From: Actinomycetota bacterium
GTDB taxonomy: Bacteria > Actinomycetota > UBA4738 > CALAEC01
Direction: 5' to 3'
Assembly (NCBI GenBank): GCA_050692985.1
Contig: JBOGVZ010000047.1
Coordinates: 76,533 to 140,532 of the forward strand
DNA length: 64,000 nt
Numbering within the stretch: position 1 is the stretch's first letter; each line of letters starts with the position of its first letter. The translations under genes and the position numbers were made by a program. Below the pieces are notes generated by a model. It did no database searches and was not told where the DNA came from. It saw nothing but the letters and a program-made list of their open reading frames with translations. Shown here piece by piece: positions 55,084 to 63,399 of the stretch.

Positions 55084-56247
55084 GTGCCGAACCTCGGCGA
55101 CTTCCAGATCGAGGTCTACCTGGCCGGCATGGCGGGGACCCGGCCGGAGTTGCCGGTGGTCCTGGCCGAGCTGGAAGGGAGGGCCAGGGAGGTGCTGGCC
55201 CCGGAGGCCTACGACTACGTGGCCGGCGGAGCGGGGTCCGAGGATACCGTGCGGGAGAACCTGGAAGCGTTCCGCCGGTGGCGCATCGTGCCCCGGCACC
55301 TCCGGAACGTGGAGTCGCGGGACCTGTCGGTGGAGGTGTTCGGCCGCCGGCTGCCGGCCCCGGTGCTGCTGGCGCCGATCGGGGTCCAGGGGATCGTTCA
55401 CGACGATGCCGAGGTCGCGGTGGCCCGGGCGGCCTCGACCCTCGGGGTGCCGGTGGTCCTGTCGACGCTGTCCTCGAAGACGATGGAGGAGGTCGCCGAG
55501 GCCTGCGGCGACGGCCCCCGGTGGTACCAGCTCTACTGGCCGAACGACCCCGAGCTGACCAAGAGCTTCCTGTCCCGGGCCCGGTCGGCCGGGTTCGAGG
55601 CGGTTGCCGTCACCGTGGACACCAACCTGCTGGCCTGGCGGCCCCGGGACCTGCAGCACGCGTTCCTGCCGTTCCTGGCGGGCAAGGGCATCGCCAACTA
55701 CCTGTCCGACCCGGTGTTCCTGGCCGCCCTGGAGAAGGGCCCCGAGGACGACCCCCTGGCCGCCGTCATGCGGTGGGGTGCGGTGTATCCCCATCCCACG
55801 GCGGTGTGGGAGGAGCTGGCGTTCATCAAGGAGCACACCTCGCTGCCGGTGCTGCTGAAGGGGATCCTCCACCCGGACGACGCCCGCCGGGCGGTGGACC
55901 TGGGGATGGACGGGATCATCGTGTCGAACCACGGCGGGCGGCAGGTGGACGGGGCGGTGGCCACCCTGGACGCCCTCCCCGGCGTGGTGGAGGCGGTGGC
56001 CGGGCGGGTGCCGGTACTGCTCGACTCGGGCATCCGCACGGGGGCGGACGCGCTGAAGGCCCTGGCCCTGGGGGCCACGGCCGTCCTGCTGGGGCGGCCG
56101 TACATCTGGGGACTGGCCGCAGGCGGCGAGGCCGGGGTCCGCCACGTGGTGCGTTCGTTCCTGGCCGACCTCGACCTGACCATGGCTCTGGCCGGCCTGG
56201 AGACGGTGGATGCGGTGACGCCGGACGTCCTCATCCGGCGCCCCTAG
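55084..56247 (+). CDS. FMN-dependent alpha-hydroxy-acid dehydrogenase/oxidase (L-lactate oxidase / mandelate dehydrogenase family)
   Basis: GTG 3 nt after the cphA stop. ...YDYVAGGAGSEDTVRENLEAFRRWRIVPR...VSNHGGRQVDGAVATLDALP...DSGIRTGADALKALALGA. Confidence 0.85.
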   Translation: MPNLGDFQIEVYLAGMAGTRPELPVVLAELEGRAREVLAPEAYDYVAGGAGSEDTVRENLEAFRRWRIVPRHLRNVESRDLSVEVFGRRLPAPVLLAPIGVQGIVHDDAEVAVARAASTLGVPVVLSTLSSKTMEEVAEACGDGPRWYQLYWPNDPELTKSFLSRARSAGFEAVAVTVDTNLLAWRPRDLQHAFLPFLAGKGIANYLSDPVFLAALEKGPEDDPLAAVMRWGAVYPHPTAVWEELAFIKEHTSLPVLLKGILHPDDARRAVDLGMDGIIVSNHGGRQVDGAVATLDALPGVVEAVAGRVPVLLDSGIRTGADALKALALGATAVLLGRPYIWGLAAGGEAGVRHVVRSFLADLDLTMALAGLETVDAVTPDVLIRRP

Positions 56248-56397
56248 CGCCTGCTAGACCCGTCCGCACCGAGGGCTGCCTGCAGACCATGGCCACGATC
56301 ACGAACCTGTCCCAGACGGGGGGCCGACCCGGCGGCCTCGATGGACCGGGCCTACACGTTGAGCACCGCCGGCGGTAGGTAGGCCCCCCCGGCGCCC

Positions 56398-56793
56398 CTA
56401 CGCGGGGTCGAGGTCCAGGGCGACGGAGTTGATGCAGTACCGCTGGCCCGTGGGGGCGGGGCCGTCGTCGAAGACGTGGCCCAGGTGGGAGCCGCACCTC
56501 CGGCACAGGACCTCGGTGCGGGTCATGCCGTGGCTGTCGTCGGGGCGCAGCTCCACCGCCTGGGCCACGGCCGGCTCGGTGAAGCTGGGCCATCCGGTCC
56601 CCGAGTCGAACTTGGCATCGGAGCGGAACAGCTCCGCGCGGCAGGCCGCGCACCGGTACACCCCCTCGTCCTTGCTGTAGACGTACTGGCCGGTGAACGG
56701 CGGCTCGGTTCCCGCCTTCCGCAGGATCTCGTACTGGGCCGGGGTCAGCCGGGCCTTCCATTCCTCGTCGGTGAGGTTCCGTTCCGTGTCCAT
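56398..56793 (-). CDS. msrB: Peptide-methionine (R)-S-oxide reductase
   Basis: ...[26 protein letters not shown]...[21 protein letters not shown] (CxxC x2 zinc site and the catalytic Cys region). Confidence 0.9.
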   Translation of the reverse strand: MDTERNLTDEEWKARLTPAQYEILRKAGTEPPFTGQYVYSKDEGVYRCAACRAELFRSDAKFDSGTGWPSFTEPAVAQAVELRPDDSHGMTRTEVLCRRCGSHLGHVFDDGPAPTGQRYCINSVALDLDPA

Positions 56794-56803
56794 GGCTCCT
56801 CTC

Positions 56804-56876
56804 CACTGGGGGGTTCGCTCGCCATCCGATCCCGACGCCGACCCACCCGGGGCGAGCTACCCCCCCGGACCCCCCT
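56804..56876 (+). repeat. Copy D1 of the ~73-nt hairpin repeat (CACTGGGGGGTTCGCTCGCC-ATCCGATCCCGACGCCGACCCACCCGG-GGCGAGCTACCCCCCCGGACCCCCC)
   Basis: First unit of a tandem pair between the hydrolase stop (56992) and the msrB start (56793), both on the minus strand. Confidence 0.85.
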
Positions 56877-56877
56877 C

Positions 56878-56950
56878 CACTGGGGGTTCGCTCGCCATCC
56901 GATCCCGACGCCGACCCACCCGGGGCGAGCTATCCCCCCCGGACCCCCCA
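56878..56950 (+). repeat. Copy D2, near-identical tandem duplicate of D1 (including the loop sequence)
   Basis: Differs from D1 by one G fewer in the 5' run and an extra T in the 3' arm. The repeat period is 74 nt. Confidence 0.85.
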
Positions 56951-56991
56951 GGCTACTCCTCGGCGCCGACAACGCTGCCCACGCCCGCTGG

Positions 56992-58293
56992 TCAAGGGGT
57001 GCCGTGGAGGAGCGCGTCCCCGAAGAACGCCAGGACCCGGCGGCCCCACTCCTCGGGGTGCGTCCAGATCGCCCGGGTGTGGCGGGTATCCGGGACCTCC
57101 CACAGGTCGGTGGAGTGGGGCGCCGCGGCCCGGTACCGGCGGTTGAGGAGCGATTCGGTGCGGTCCTCGCCCGAGATCAACAGGACCGGACGGGGCGCGA
57201 TCCGGGCCATGGCCTCCTCGGTCGGGATGGGCGGCTCGGCGGGGGTCATCAGGTCGACCGCGGTGAATCCCAGGAGGTAGAAGGGCAGGCTGAACGCCCC
57301 GCGGAGGCCCAGGGCCCGCGCGTCGGCGAACGAGAACGCCCTGGCGCCCTCGGCCACCACGGCTCCGATCCGGGGGTCCGCAGCCGCCGATGCGAGGGCC
57401 TCCCCGGCCCCCATCGAGAGTCCTAGGACACCGATGCGGCCGGGATCGACGTCGTGCCGGTGGGCCAGGTAGGAGACCGCGGGTTCGACGTCCAGCGCCC
57501 CGAACCAGCCCACGTCCATCGCCACCCCGTCGCTCTGGCCGTGGCCCCTGGCGTCGATCGCCAACACGCCGTAGCCCGCCCGACCGAGCACGGCGATGTG
57601 ATCGAGGACGTCGGACCGCGTCGAGCCCGACCCGTGCAGGACGATCACCGCCGCCGCGTTGTCCGAGGGAACGTACCAGCCCCCGAGGCGGACGCCGTCT
57701 TCCGTTCGCAAGGTGACGTTCCGATAGTCGAGACCGACCTCCGCGGGGGTGCGTCCCGACGGCAACGTGGTGGGCACGTGCGTCATGTACACCGCGACCG
57801 TCAGAGGCAGCATGACGTAGTAGACGAACAGCAGCCCGATCGGCACCGCCAGCACCAGCCGCCGGCGGACCTCGCTGAGGATCACCAACGACCCGAGCGC
57901 CAGGAGGGCGATGCCCGCCGCCAATGAGGAGACGCCCAGGAGATCGAACTCCGACAGGCCCAGCTTGACGACCCGGACCACGGTGATGGCGACGCCGGCC
58001 GCGGTCGCGGCGGCGCCGATGGCCAGGGCAAGGAGGGCCCGCACGAGGCGTCCGGACCGACGGAACCACACCACGGCGATCCCCGACAGCCCCACCGCCA
58101 GCGCCGAATCCCACAGTCGCGCCATCACCGAGCGGTCCGACGTCCTGACGGTGAGACCGGTCAGCAGGTGGAGACACACCAGCGCGATGGCCACCGAGAA
58201 GACGACCGATGGACGGCGCCAGGCGCTGGTGGACGAATCCTCCAACCGGGACGTCGCCACCGGCGACTCGAGGCGATCCTTGCCCGTATCCAC
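56992..58293 (-). CDS. Membrane-anchored alpha/beta hydrolase (about four N-terminal TM helices plus a dienelactone-hydrolase/S9-like domain)
   Basis: ...AAVIVLHGSGSTRSD...VLGLSMGAGEALASAA (GxSxG)... Confidence 0.7.
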   Translation of the reverse strand: MDTGKDRLESPVATSRLEDSSTSAWRRPSVVFSVAIALVCLHLLTGLTVRTSDRSVMARLWDSALAVGLSGIAVVWFRRSGRLVRALLALAIGAAATAAGVAITVVRVVKLGLSEFDLLGVSSLAAGIALLALGSLVILSEVRRRLVLAVPIGLLFVYYVMLPLTVAVYMTHVPTTLPSGRTPAEVGLDYRNVTLRTEDGVRLGGWYVPSDNAAAVIVLHGSGSTRSDVLDHIAVLGRAGYGVLAIDARGHGQSDGVAMDVGWFGALDVEPAVSYLAHRHDVDPGRIGVLGLSMGAGEALASAAADPRIGAVVAEGARAFSFADARALGLRGAFSLPFYLLGFTAVDLMTPAEPPIPTEEAMARIAPRPVLLISGEDRTESLLNRRYRAAAPHSTDLWEVPDTRHTRAIWTHPEEWGRRVLAFFGDALLHGTP

Positions 58294-58465
58294 CCTCTCC
58301 GCTCCGTCGGTCCCGTTTCCGTCGGGCGACGCTGGCCCAACGCCCAGGCCCGCATACTACGAGATGCAGGGGCCCGGCTCATCGGGTTCCGGCCCCGCGC
58401 CCGGAACGGGGCCGTCGAGGAGCGGTTCGATCCACCCTGCCCCATGGGGCGCCTATCCTCGGGAC

Positions 58466-59194
58466 GTGCTGGTGAAGGCATGCCTCAACGGTGGGCGAGC
58501 GAAGCACGAGCACCCGGCCGTGCCCATCTCCCACCCGGAGCTGGCCCTTGACGCCTACCAGGCCGTGGCTGCCGGGGCCGGGGGCGTGCACGTGCACCCC
58601 CGCCAGGCCGACGGGTCCGAGACCGTGGAGGCGGGAGCCTGCGCCCTGGCCCTGACGGCGATCCGCCGGGTGGTCCCCGGGACGCCGGTGGGGCTGACCA
58701 CCGCGGCCTGGATCGAGCCGGACCCCGACCGCCGGCGGTGGGCCGTGGCCCGGTGGGAGGTCCTCCCCGACTTCGCCTCGGTCAACGTGTCCGAGGAGGG
58801 CTGGGGGGACCTGGCCGCCACGCTGCTCGACCTGGGCGTGGGGGTGGAGGCCGGGCTGGCCTCGGTGGAGGACGCCGAGGCCCTGGCCCGGAGTGGGCTG
58901 GCCGGCCGCTGCCTGCGCGTGCTGGTCGAGGTTCCCCAAGAGGACCCGGCGGAGGCCGTGGCCGCGGCGGCACGGATCGAGGCCGCGCTCGACGACGCCG
59001 GGATCGAGGCGCCGCGGCTCCACCACGGAGAGGGCCCGGCCACCTGGGCGGTCGTGGAGGCGGCGGTCCTCCGGGGGCGGGACGTCCGGGTGGGGCTGGA
59101 GGACACCCTGGTCCTCCAGGACGGGAGGCCGGCCAGGGACAACGCCGAGCTCGTCCGCGCGGGCGTCCGCGTGGCGGGCCGGGGACGGGCCTAG
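58466..59194 (+). CDS. BKACE-family (3-keto-5-aminohexanoate cleavage enzyme-like, DUF849) protein
   Basis: VLVKACLNGGRAKHEHPAVPISHPELALDAYQAVAAGAGGVHVHPRQADGSE... aligns with the N-terminus of Kce-type enzymes. GTG start is uncertain. Confidence 0.6.
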   Translation: MLVKACLNGGRAKHEHPAVPISHPELALDAYQAVAAGAGGVHVHPRQADGSETVEAGACALALTAIRRVVPGTPVGLTTAAWIEPDPDRRRWAVARWEVLPDFASVNVSEEGWGDLAATLLDLGVGVEAGLASVEDAEALARSGLAGRCLRVLVEVPQEDPAEAVAAAARIEAALDDAGIEAPRLHHGEGPATWAVVEAAVLRGRDVRVGLEDTLVLQDGRPARDNAELVRAGVRVAGRGRA

Positions 59195-60924
59195 GGACGC
59201 GCTGGGGCCGGGGCCGGGCCCCGAGCCCGGCGGGCCAGCTGGCGGCACCGGGCCGGGCCGACCCGGCGGCCCCCCCGGCCGCGGATCTCCTCGAAGATCT
59301 CCGGCCGCTGCCCCAGGGCGGTCACCGTCACCACGTCTCCGGGTCGGGAGCGCTCCAGCATCCAGCGCAGGGCGTGGAGCTCGTCTGGGAACAGGGGCAC
59401 GTCGGTGGCGCCGCCCTCGAGCGCCCCGGCCCGAAGCCGCTCGACGACATCCTCGGGCCTGCGCCCGCGCAGGTATCTCGTGAGCTCCGAGATGGCCACG
59501 TGGTCCGCCCCGCGGGCGGCGATCAGGCCGAGACCGTGCATGATCCCGTCGGAGCGGTCCCCGGCGGAGCAGTACGAGAGCCACACCTCGGCCCCGGGCC
59601 GGCGCAAGCCGCGGGCGATCTCCACCAGGCCGGACATCCCGGCCTCGTTGTGCGCGTAGTCCACGACCACCACCCGCCCCTCGAGCTCGAACAGGTTTGC
59701 CCGGCCGGGGTTGGCCTCCGGGTCGAGCACGAAGGTGCGCAGTCCTTCGACCACGTCACCGCGAGAGACGCCCGCCCCCAGCGCCGCCGCGGCGGCGGCC
59801 ATGGCGTTCTGGGTGTACGGGCCGGAGATCCCGGCCAGCGTCACGGGGACCGCCTCCACCTCGACCAGCGGCTCGATGGCCGGGCCCGGCAGGAACAGGG
59901 TCAGGTGACGATCGAGGGGGGCCAGGGCCCGGCCGCCCTCCGCCAGGGCCGCCCGGATGGCCGGGTGGTCGGGGTCGAGCGAGAACAGGAACGGCCGGCC
60001 CCGGGCCAGCCGCCGCATGGCCAGGACGCGGGGGTCGTCGGCGTTCAGCACGTCCCAGCCGTGGGGACGGGTGATCCGAGTGATCGTCGACTTGACCTCG
60101 GCCAGCTGGTCGAGGGTGTGGATGCCGTGGAGGCCCAGGTGGTCGGCGGAGACGTTCGTCACCACGGCCACGTCGTTGTGGAGCGTCCCGATGCCCTTGA
60201 GCAGGATGCCGCCCCGGGCCACCTCCAGAACGGCCATCTCCACGCCCGGCTGGGACATTGCCATGGCCGCGCCGGCAGGCCCCGAGTAGTCCCCCTCTTC
60301 CACCATCTCTCCATCGACGTACACCCCGTCCGTGGACGTGTAGGCCACCCGCAGCCCGGCCGCGCGGACCAGGTGGGCCACGAGGCGGACCGTGGTCGTC
60401 TTCCCGTTCGTGCCGGTGACCATCACCACGGGGATGGCCGGTACCGGAACCGAAGGGACCGGTCCCTGGTCGATGGCGGCGATGCGTCCGGCCGCCCCGG
60501 CCACCAGGCGGTCCAGCCCCCGGCGGGAGGTGAGCAGCGTCCCCAGCACGCCGACGACCTCCCTCCCCAGCGCCTCCGCCAGCGCCTGGCGACGCCACGG
60601 GTAGGCCACCACGATCCGGTCGCGCCGCTCGCCCGGCCTGGCCCGGACCGCCAGGCGAACGCCCGAGGCCTCGGCCAGCGCCCTCACCACGTGGGCCGCG
60701 GTGCGGGCCGCGAAGCGGCGGCGCTGCTCGGACCGGGGTTCGCCCGGACGGATCCCCCGCCCGGGGAGCCCAGCCCGCCTGGCGGCGCCCGAGACCTTCG
60801 CCTCGCCGGCATCGAGCCACCCGGGGACCGCGAGCGTGAGCTTGATGGCCGGCCGCGTGAAGTACAGGTTCGGCCCGTGGAGGACCCGCAGCTCCGTCAG
60901 GCGAACCGCCGCCCCCTTCGCCAT
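59191..60924 (-). CDS. CphA-like protein with a cyanophycin-synthetase N domain fused directly to a Mur-ligase domain, no ATP-grasp domain
   Basis: MAKGAAVRLTELRVLHGPNLYFTRPAIKLTLAV (CphA N-domain signature) ... VVMVTGTNGKTTTVRL (Mur-ligase P-loop) ... VVDYAHNEAG. There is no ATP-grasp motif anywhere. It is convergent with and 4-nt overlapping the BKACE gene. Confidence 0.75.
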   Translation of the reverse strand: MAKGAAVRLTELRVLHGPNLYFTRPAIKLTLAVPGWLDAGEAKVSGAARRAGLPGRGIRPGEPRSEQRRRFAARTAAHVVRALAEASGVRLAVRARPGERRDRIVVAYPWRRQALAEALGREVVGVLGTLLTSRRGLDRLVAGAAGRIAAIDQGPVPSVPVPAIPVVMVTGTNGKTTTVRLVAHLVRAAGLRVAYTSTDGVYVDGEMVEEGDYSGPAGAAMAMSQPGVEMAVLEVARGGILLKGIGTLHNDVAVVTNVSADHLGLHGIHTLDQLAEVKSTITRITRPHGWDVLNADDPRVLAMRRLARGRPFLFSLDPDHPAIRAALAEGGRALAPLDRHLTLFLPGPAIEPLVEVEAVPVTLAGISGPYTQNAMAAAAAALGAGVSRGDVVEGLRTFVLDPEANPGRANLFELEGRVVVVDYAHNEAGMSGLVEIARGLRRPGAEVWLSYCSAGDRSDGIMHGLGLIAARGADHVAISELTRYLRGRRPEDVVERLRAGALEGGATDVPLFPDELHALRWMLERSRPGDVVTVTALGQRPEIFEEIRGRGGRRVGPARCRQLARRARGPAPAPARP

Positions 60925-60974
60925 GGCCGCAGTCTATGACCAGCGGCCGACCGTGGGCGGCGCCGCCCCCGTGC

Positions 60975-63263
60975 TCAGCCGGACGACCTGAACGCCCGGA
61001 GGGCGGGCAGGAGCTCCGGCGGGAGCCGGCCACCGAACAGCCCCCGGGCCATGGCGTCGAGCAACCCGCCGGTGGAGGCCGGGTCCAGGAGGGAGGGGCC
61101 CGGGGTGGCGGGGACGGAGGTCGCAGCGACCGAGGTGTCACCCGAGGAACCGGGCCCTCCGATCTTCTCGCCCTTGTCCTTCCCCGCCAGCACCAGGATC
61201 GCCGAGGACACCGCTCGCTCTGACCCGTCGGAGGGGACGTTGACGATCTTCCCCGCCACCACCATGGTGCTGGAGCCTCCCCCGTCGAGGTTCAGCGCCG
61301 ACTTCGCCCCCATGTCCCGGAACAGGCGAGCGAACCTGACCAGCTTCATGCCCTTCGAGCCCTTCCGCCGCCCGTCCACCACGACGAGGAGGAGGCGGTC
61401 GTTCCCGGTCACCCCGATCCCGGTCCGGGGATGCCGCCCGCAGATCGGGGCCCCGCACGGCTCGGCCACCACCGCCCCGTCGCGCACCAACCGGGGCATC
61501 CCCCCCATCGAGTCGGCAACCTTCTTCCACCGGAAGGACCAGGTGAGGGACACCGTCTCCCCGGGCCGGAGCGACTGGATCTGGATCCCCCCCTGGCTGC
61601 CGGGCTGGGCGGACAGCACCACCCCGCCCTTGCGCCCCATCCGCGACTTGCGGCACGCCACCGCGTCGACCTCGTAGTCGCGGCGGACGCCGTTCATGCC
61701 CGGGGCCCACCGCCGGGGGCCGTCGGGCATGAGGCGAGCCGAGCACGCGTGCTTGGGCGGGCGGCCGTGCTTGGCTCGCCCCGCCGGGCTGTAGGCGGCG
61801 ATCTCCCCCCAGGTCGGCACCCCGTCGTTCCACCGGTCGAACGTCCACACGTCGTTGCTGTCGGCCTCCAGGACCTTCAGCACCTCCACCGCGTTCCCGA
61901 TGCGGGGATTCCGCTCGTCCGCGCGGATCGCGAAGTTGTTGGAGCCGGCCAGCGAGCTGGTCTTGAGATCGCCGTCCTCGGCGAAGGGGTGCGAGGGCTT
62001 GCCCGAGGGCAGGGGGAAGTCGCCGTTGATCGCGGCCACGGCGCCGTGCCGCTTGGCCATGGAGGAGGTTCGCTCCCGGCCGGGCAACACGTTCCCCCCC
62101 AGGGCCACGTCCATCGTCGGTTGCTTGGAGGGGTCCACCTTCAGCACGTACACGTCGCTCCGGGCGTAGCGGCCCTTGATCAGCTGCACGCCCTTCATCA
62201 CCCCGCTGGTCTTCGACCTGTTCAGCGCGGACCCAACCTGCCCCCCGCCGCCGCCCGACGAGGCCTTGGGGCCCGATGATCGACCGGCCGAGGAGGGCGG
62301 GGGAGAGTCCTGGCCCCGCGGCAGCAGGGCCCCGCCGGACCAGCTCGGCGACAGCTCGGCTCGCTTCGTCTCCAGGACCTTGTGAGCCTCGGTGCCGTCG
62401 GCCCGCATGACCCACAGGTCCTTGTCGCCCCCGCCCGGCGGGTAGGCGGAGAACGCGACGTGCTGGCCGTCCGGGGACCAGGCGGCCTGGACCTCGTTCC
62501 GTCCCGTGGTCGTCAGCCGGGTTTGTCCGGAGCCGTCGGCGTTCATCGTGAACAGCTCCCAGCTCCCGCCCGGGCAGCACCGGTCGAACAGGATCCGGGA
62601 CCCGTCCGGAGACCATGCCGGGTTTCCCTCGATGCGCTTGCCGGTCCGGGTCAGGCGCTCCCGGCCCGTGCCGTCCGCGTTCGCCACCCATAGGTCGGGG
62701 AAGCCGGAGTCTCGGTCGCTGACGAACGCGATCCTCGAGCCATCGGGTGACCACGCGGGGCTGGAGTCGAACCGTCCGGAGACGGCATCGGTCACGGCCG
62801 TGGCGCCGCTCCCGTCGGCGTTCATCGTGAAGATCTGGGAGACGCCCTGGAAATGGATGCTGCGCGTCCAGGCGATCCGGGTCCCATCCGGGCTCCACGC
62901 GGGCTGACGATCGATCGGTCCACCGAAGTCCTGGGTGAGCCGGAGCTCGTTCCCCACCGCGTCACGGACGTAGATGTCCGGGGAGGGGTTGGTGGCCAGC
63001 TTCCGGGCGAAGGCGATCCGGGCCCCGTCCGGGGACCACGCCGGGTCCAGCTCCTGGGCGCCCGGTGTCTGGGTGAGGTTCGTCACAGAGCCGGTCGCCG
63101 GGTCCACGGTGAGGAGGTCGAAGCCACCCTTCCGGGCCCCCGCGAAGACCACCTCGCCGCCGAACAGCGGCAGCCCCACCTGGCCGGCCACGGGGGCTGG
63201 CGGCGGCGCCAGCAGCGCCGCCGACACCAGGAGGACGAGTGCTGCCCGTGCCCGCCGTGTCAA
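60975..63263 (-). CDS. Secreted fusion of TolB-like beta-propeller repeats with a C-terminal phosphodiester-glycosidase (NAGPA-like) domain
   Basis: Signal-like LTRRARAALVLLVSAALLA. Repeated PAWSPDG(S/A)RIAF blades. C-terminal ...ALNLDGGGSSTMVVAGKIVNVPSDGSERAVSSAILV. TTG/ATG start choice is uncertain; the listed ORF start at 63491 lies upstream of the terminator hairpin and is unlikely. Confidence 0.7.
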   Translation of the reverse strand: MTRRARAALVLLVSAALLAPPPAPVAGQVGLPLFGGEVVFAGARKGGFDLLTVDPATGSVTNLTQTPGAQELDPAWSPDGARIAFARKLATNPSPDIYVRDAVGNELRLTQDFGGPIDRQPAWSPDGTRIAWTRSIHFQGVSQIFTMNADGSGATAVTDAVSGRFDSSPAWSPDGSRIAFVSDRDSGFPDLWVANADGTGRERLTRTGKRIEGNPAWSPDGSRILFDRCCPGGSWELFTMNADGSGQTRLTTTGRNEVQAAWSPDGQHVAFSAYPPGGGDKDLWVMRADGTEAHKVLETKRAELSPSWSGGALLPRGQDSPPPSSAGRSSGPKASSGGGGGQVGSALNRSKTSGVMKGVQLIKGRYARSDVYVLKVDPSKQPTMDVALGGNVLPGRERTSSMAKRHGAVAAINGDFPLPSGKPSHPFAEDGDLKTSSLAGSNNFAIRADERNPRIGNAVEVLKVLEADSNDVWTFDRWNDGVPTWGEIAAYSPAGRAKHGRPPKHACSARLMPDGPRRWAPGMNGVRRDYEVDAVACRKSRMGRKGGVVLSAQPGSQGGIQIQSLRPGETVSLTWSFRWKKVADSMGGMPRLVRDGAVVAEPCGAPICGRHPRTGIGVTGNDRLLLVVVDGRRKGSKGMKLVRFARLFRDMGAKSALNLDGGGSSTMVVAGKIVNVPSDGSERAVSSAILVLAGKDKGEKIGGPGSSGDTSVAATSVPATPGPSLLDPASTGGLLDAMARGLFGGRLPPELLPALRAFRSSG

Positions 63264-63340
63264 GCGCCCAACCCTAGAGAGGTCCGCCGGGAAGGTCAAG
63301 AAGCCCCAGCCGACGAAGCCGCCAAACCCCATGAATGGAA

Positions 63341-63365
63341 CGGGGGCGCCCGAAGGCGCCCCCGT
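63341..63365 (-). terminator. Intrinsic-terminator-like hairpin (9-bp GC stem, UUCG tetraloop on the minus-strand transcript) after the gene ending at 63400
   Basis: On the minus strand: GGGGGCGCC-UUCG-GGCGCCCCC followed by GUUCCAUUCAU, about 35 nt downstream of the stop of ORF 63400..63951. Confidence 0.55.
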
Positions 63366-63399
63366 CTCGTCATCCGGGCTCGGCACCCGGATGCCCGCC

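Noticed and set aside
10171-56950. Considered whether the hairpin repeat is the actinobacterial 6C RNA or another known sRNA, because of its C-runs.
   Set aside because: 6C RNA is single-copy with two C-rich loops. Here the C-runs are in the stem arms, the loop is hypervariable and there are five or more copies, which is inconsistent.
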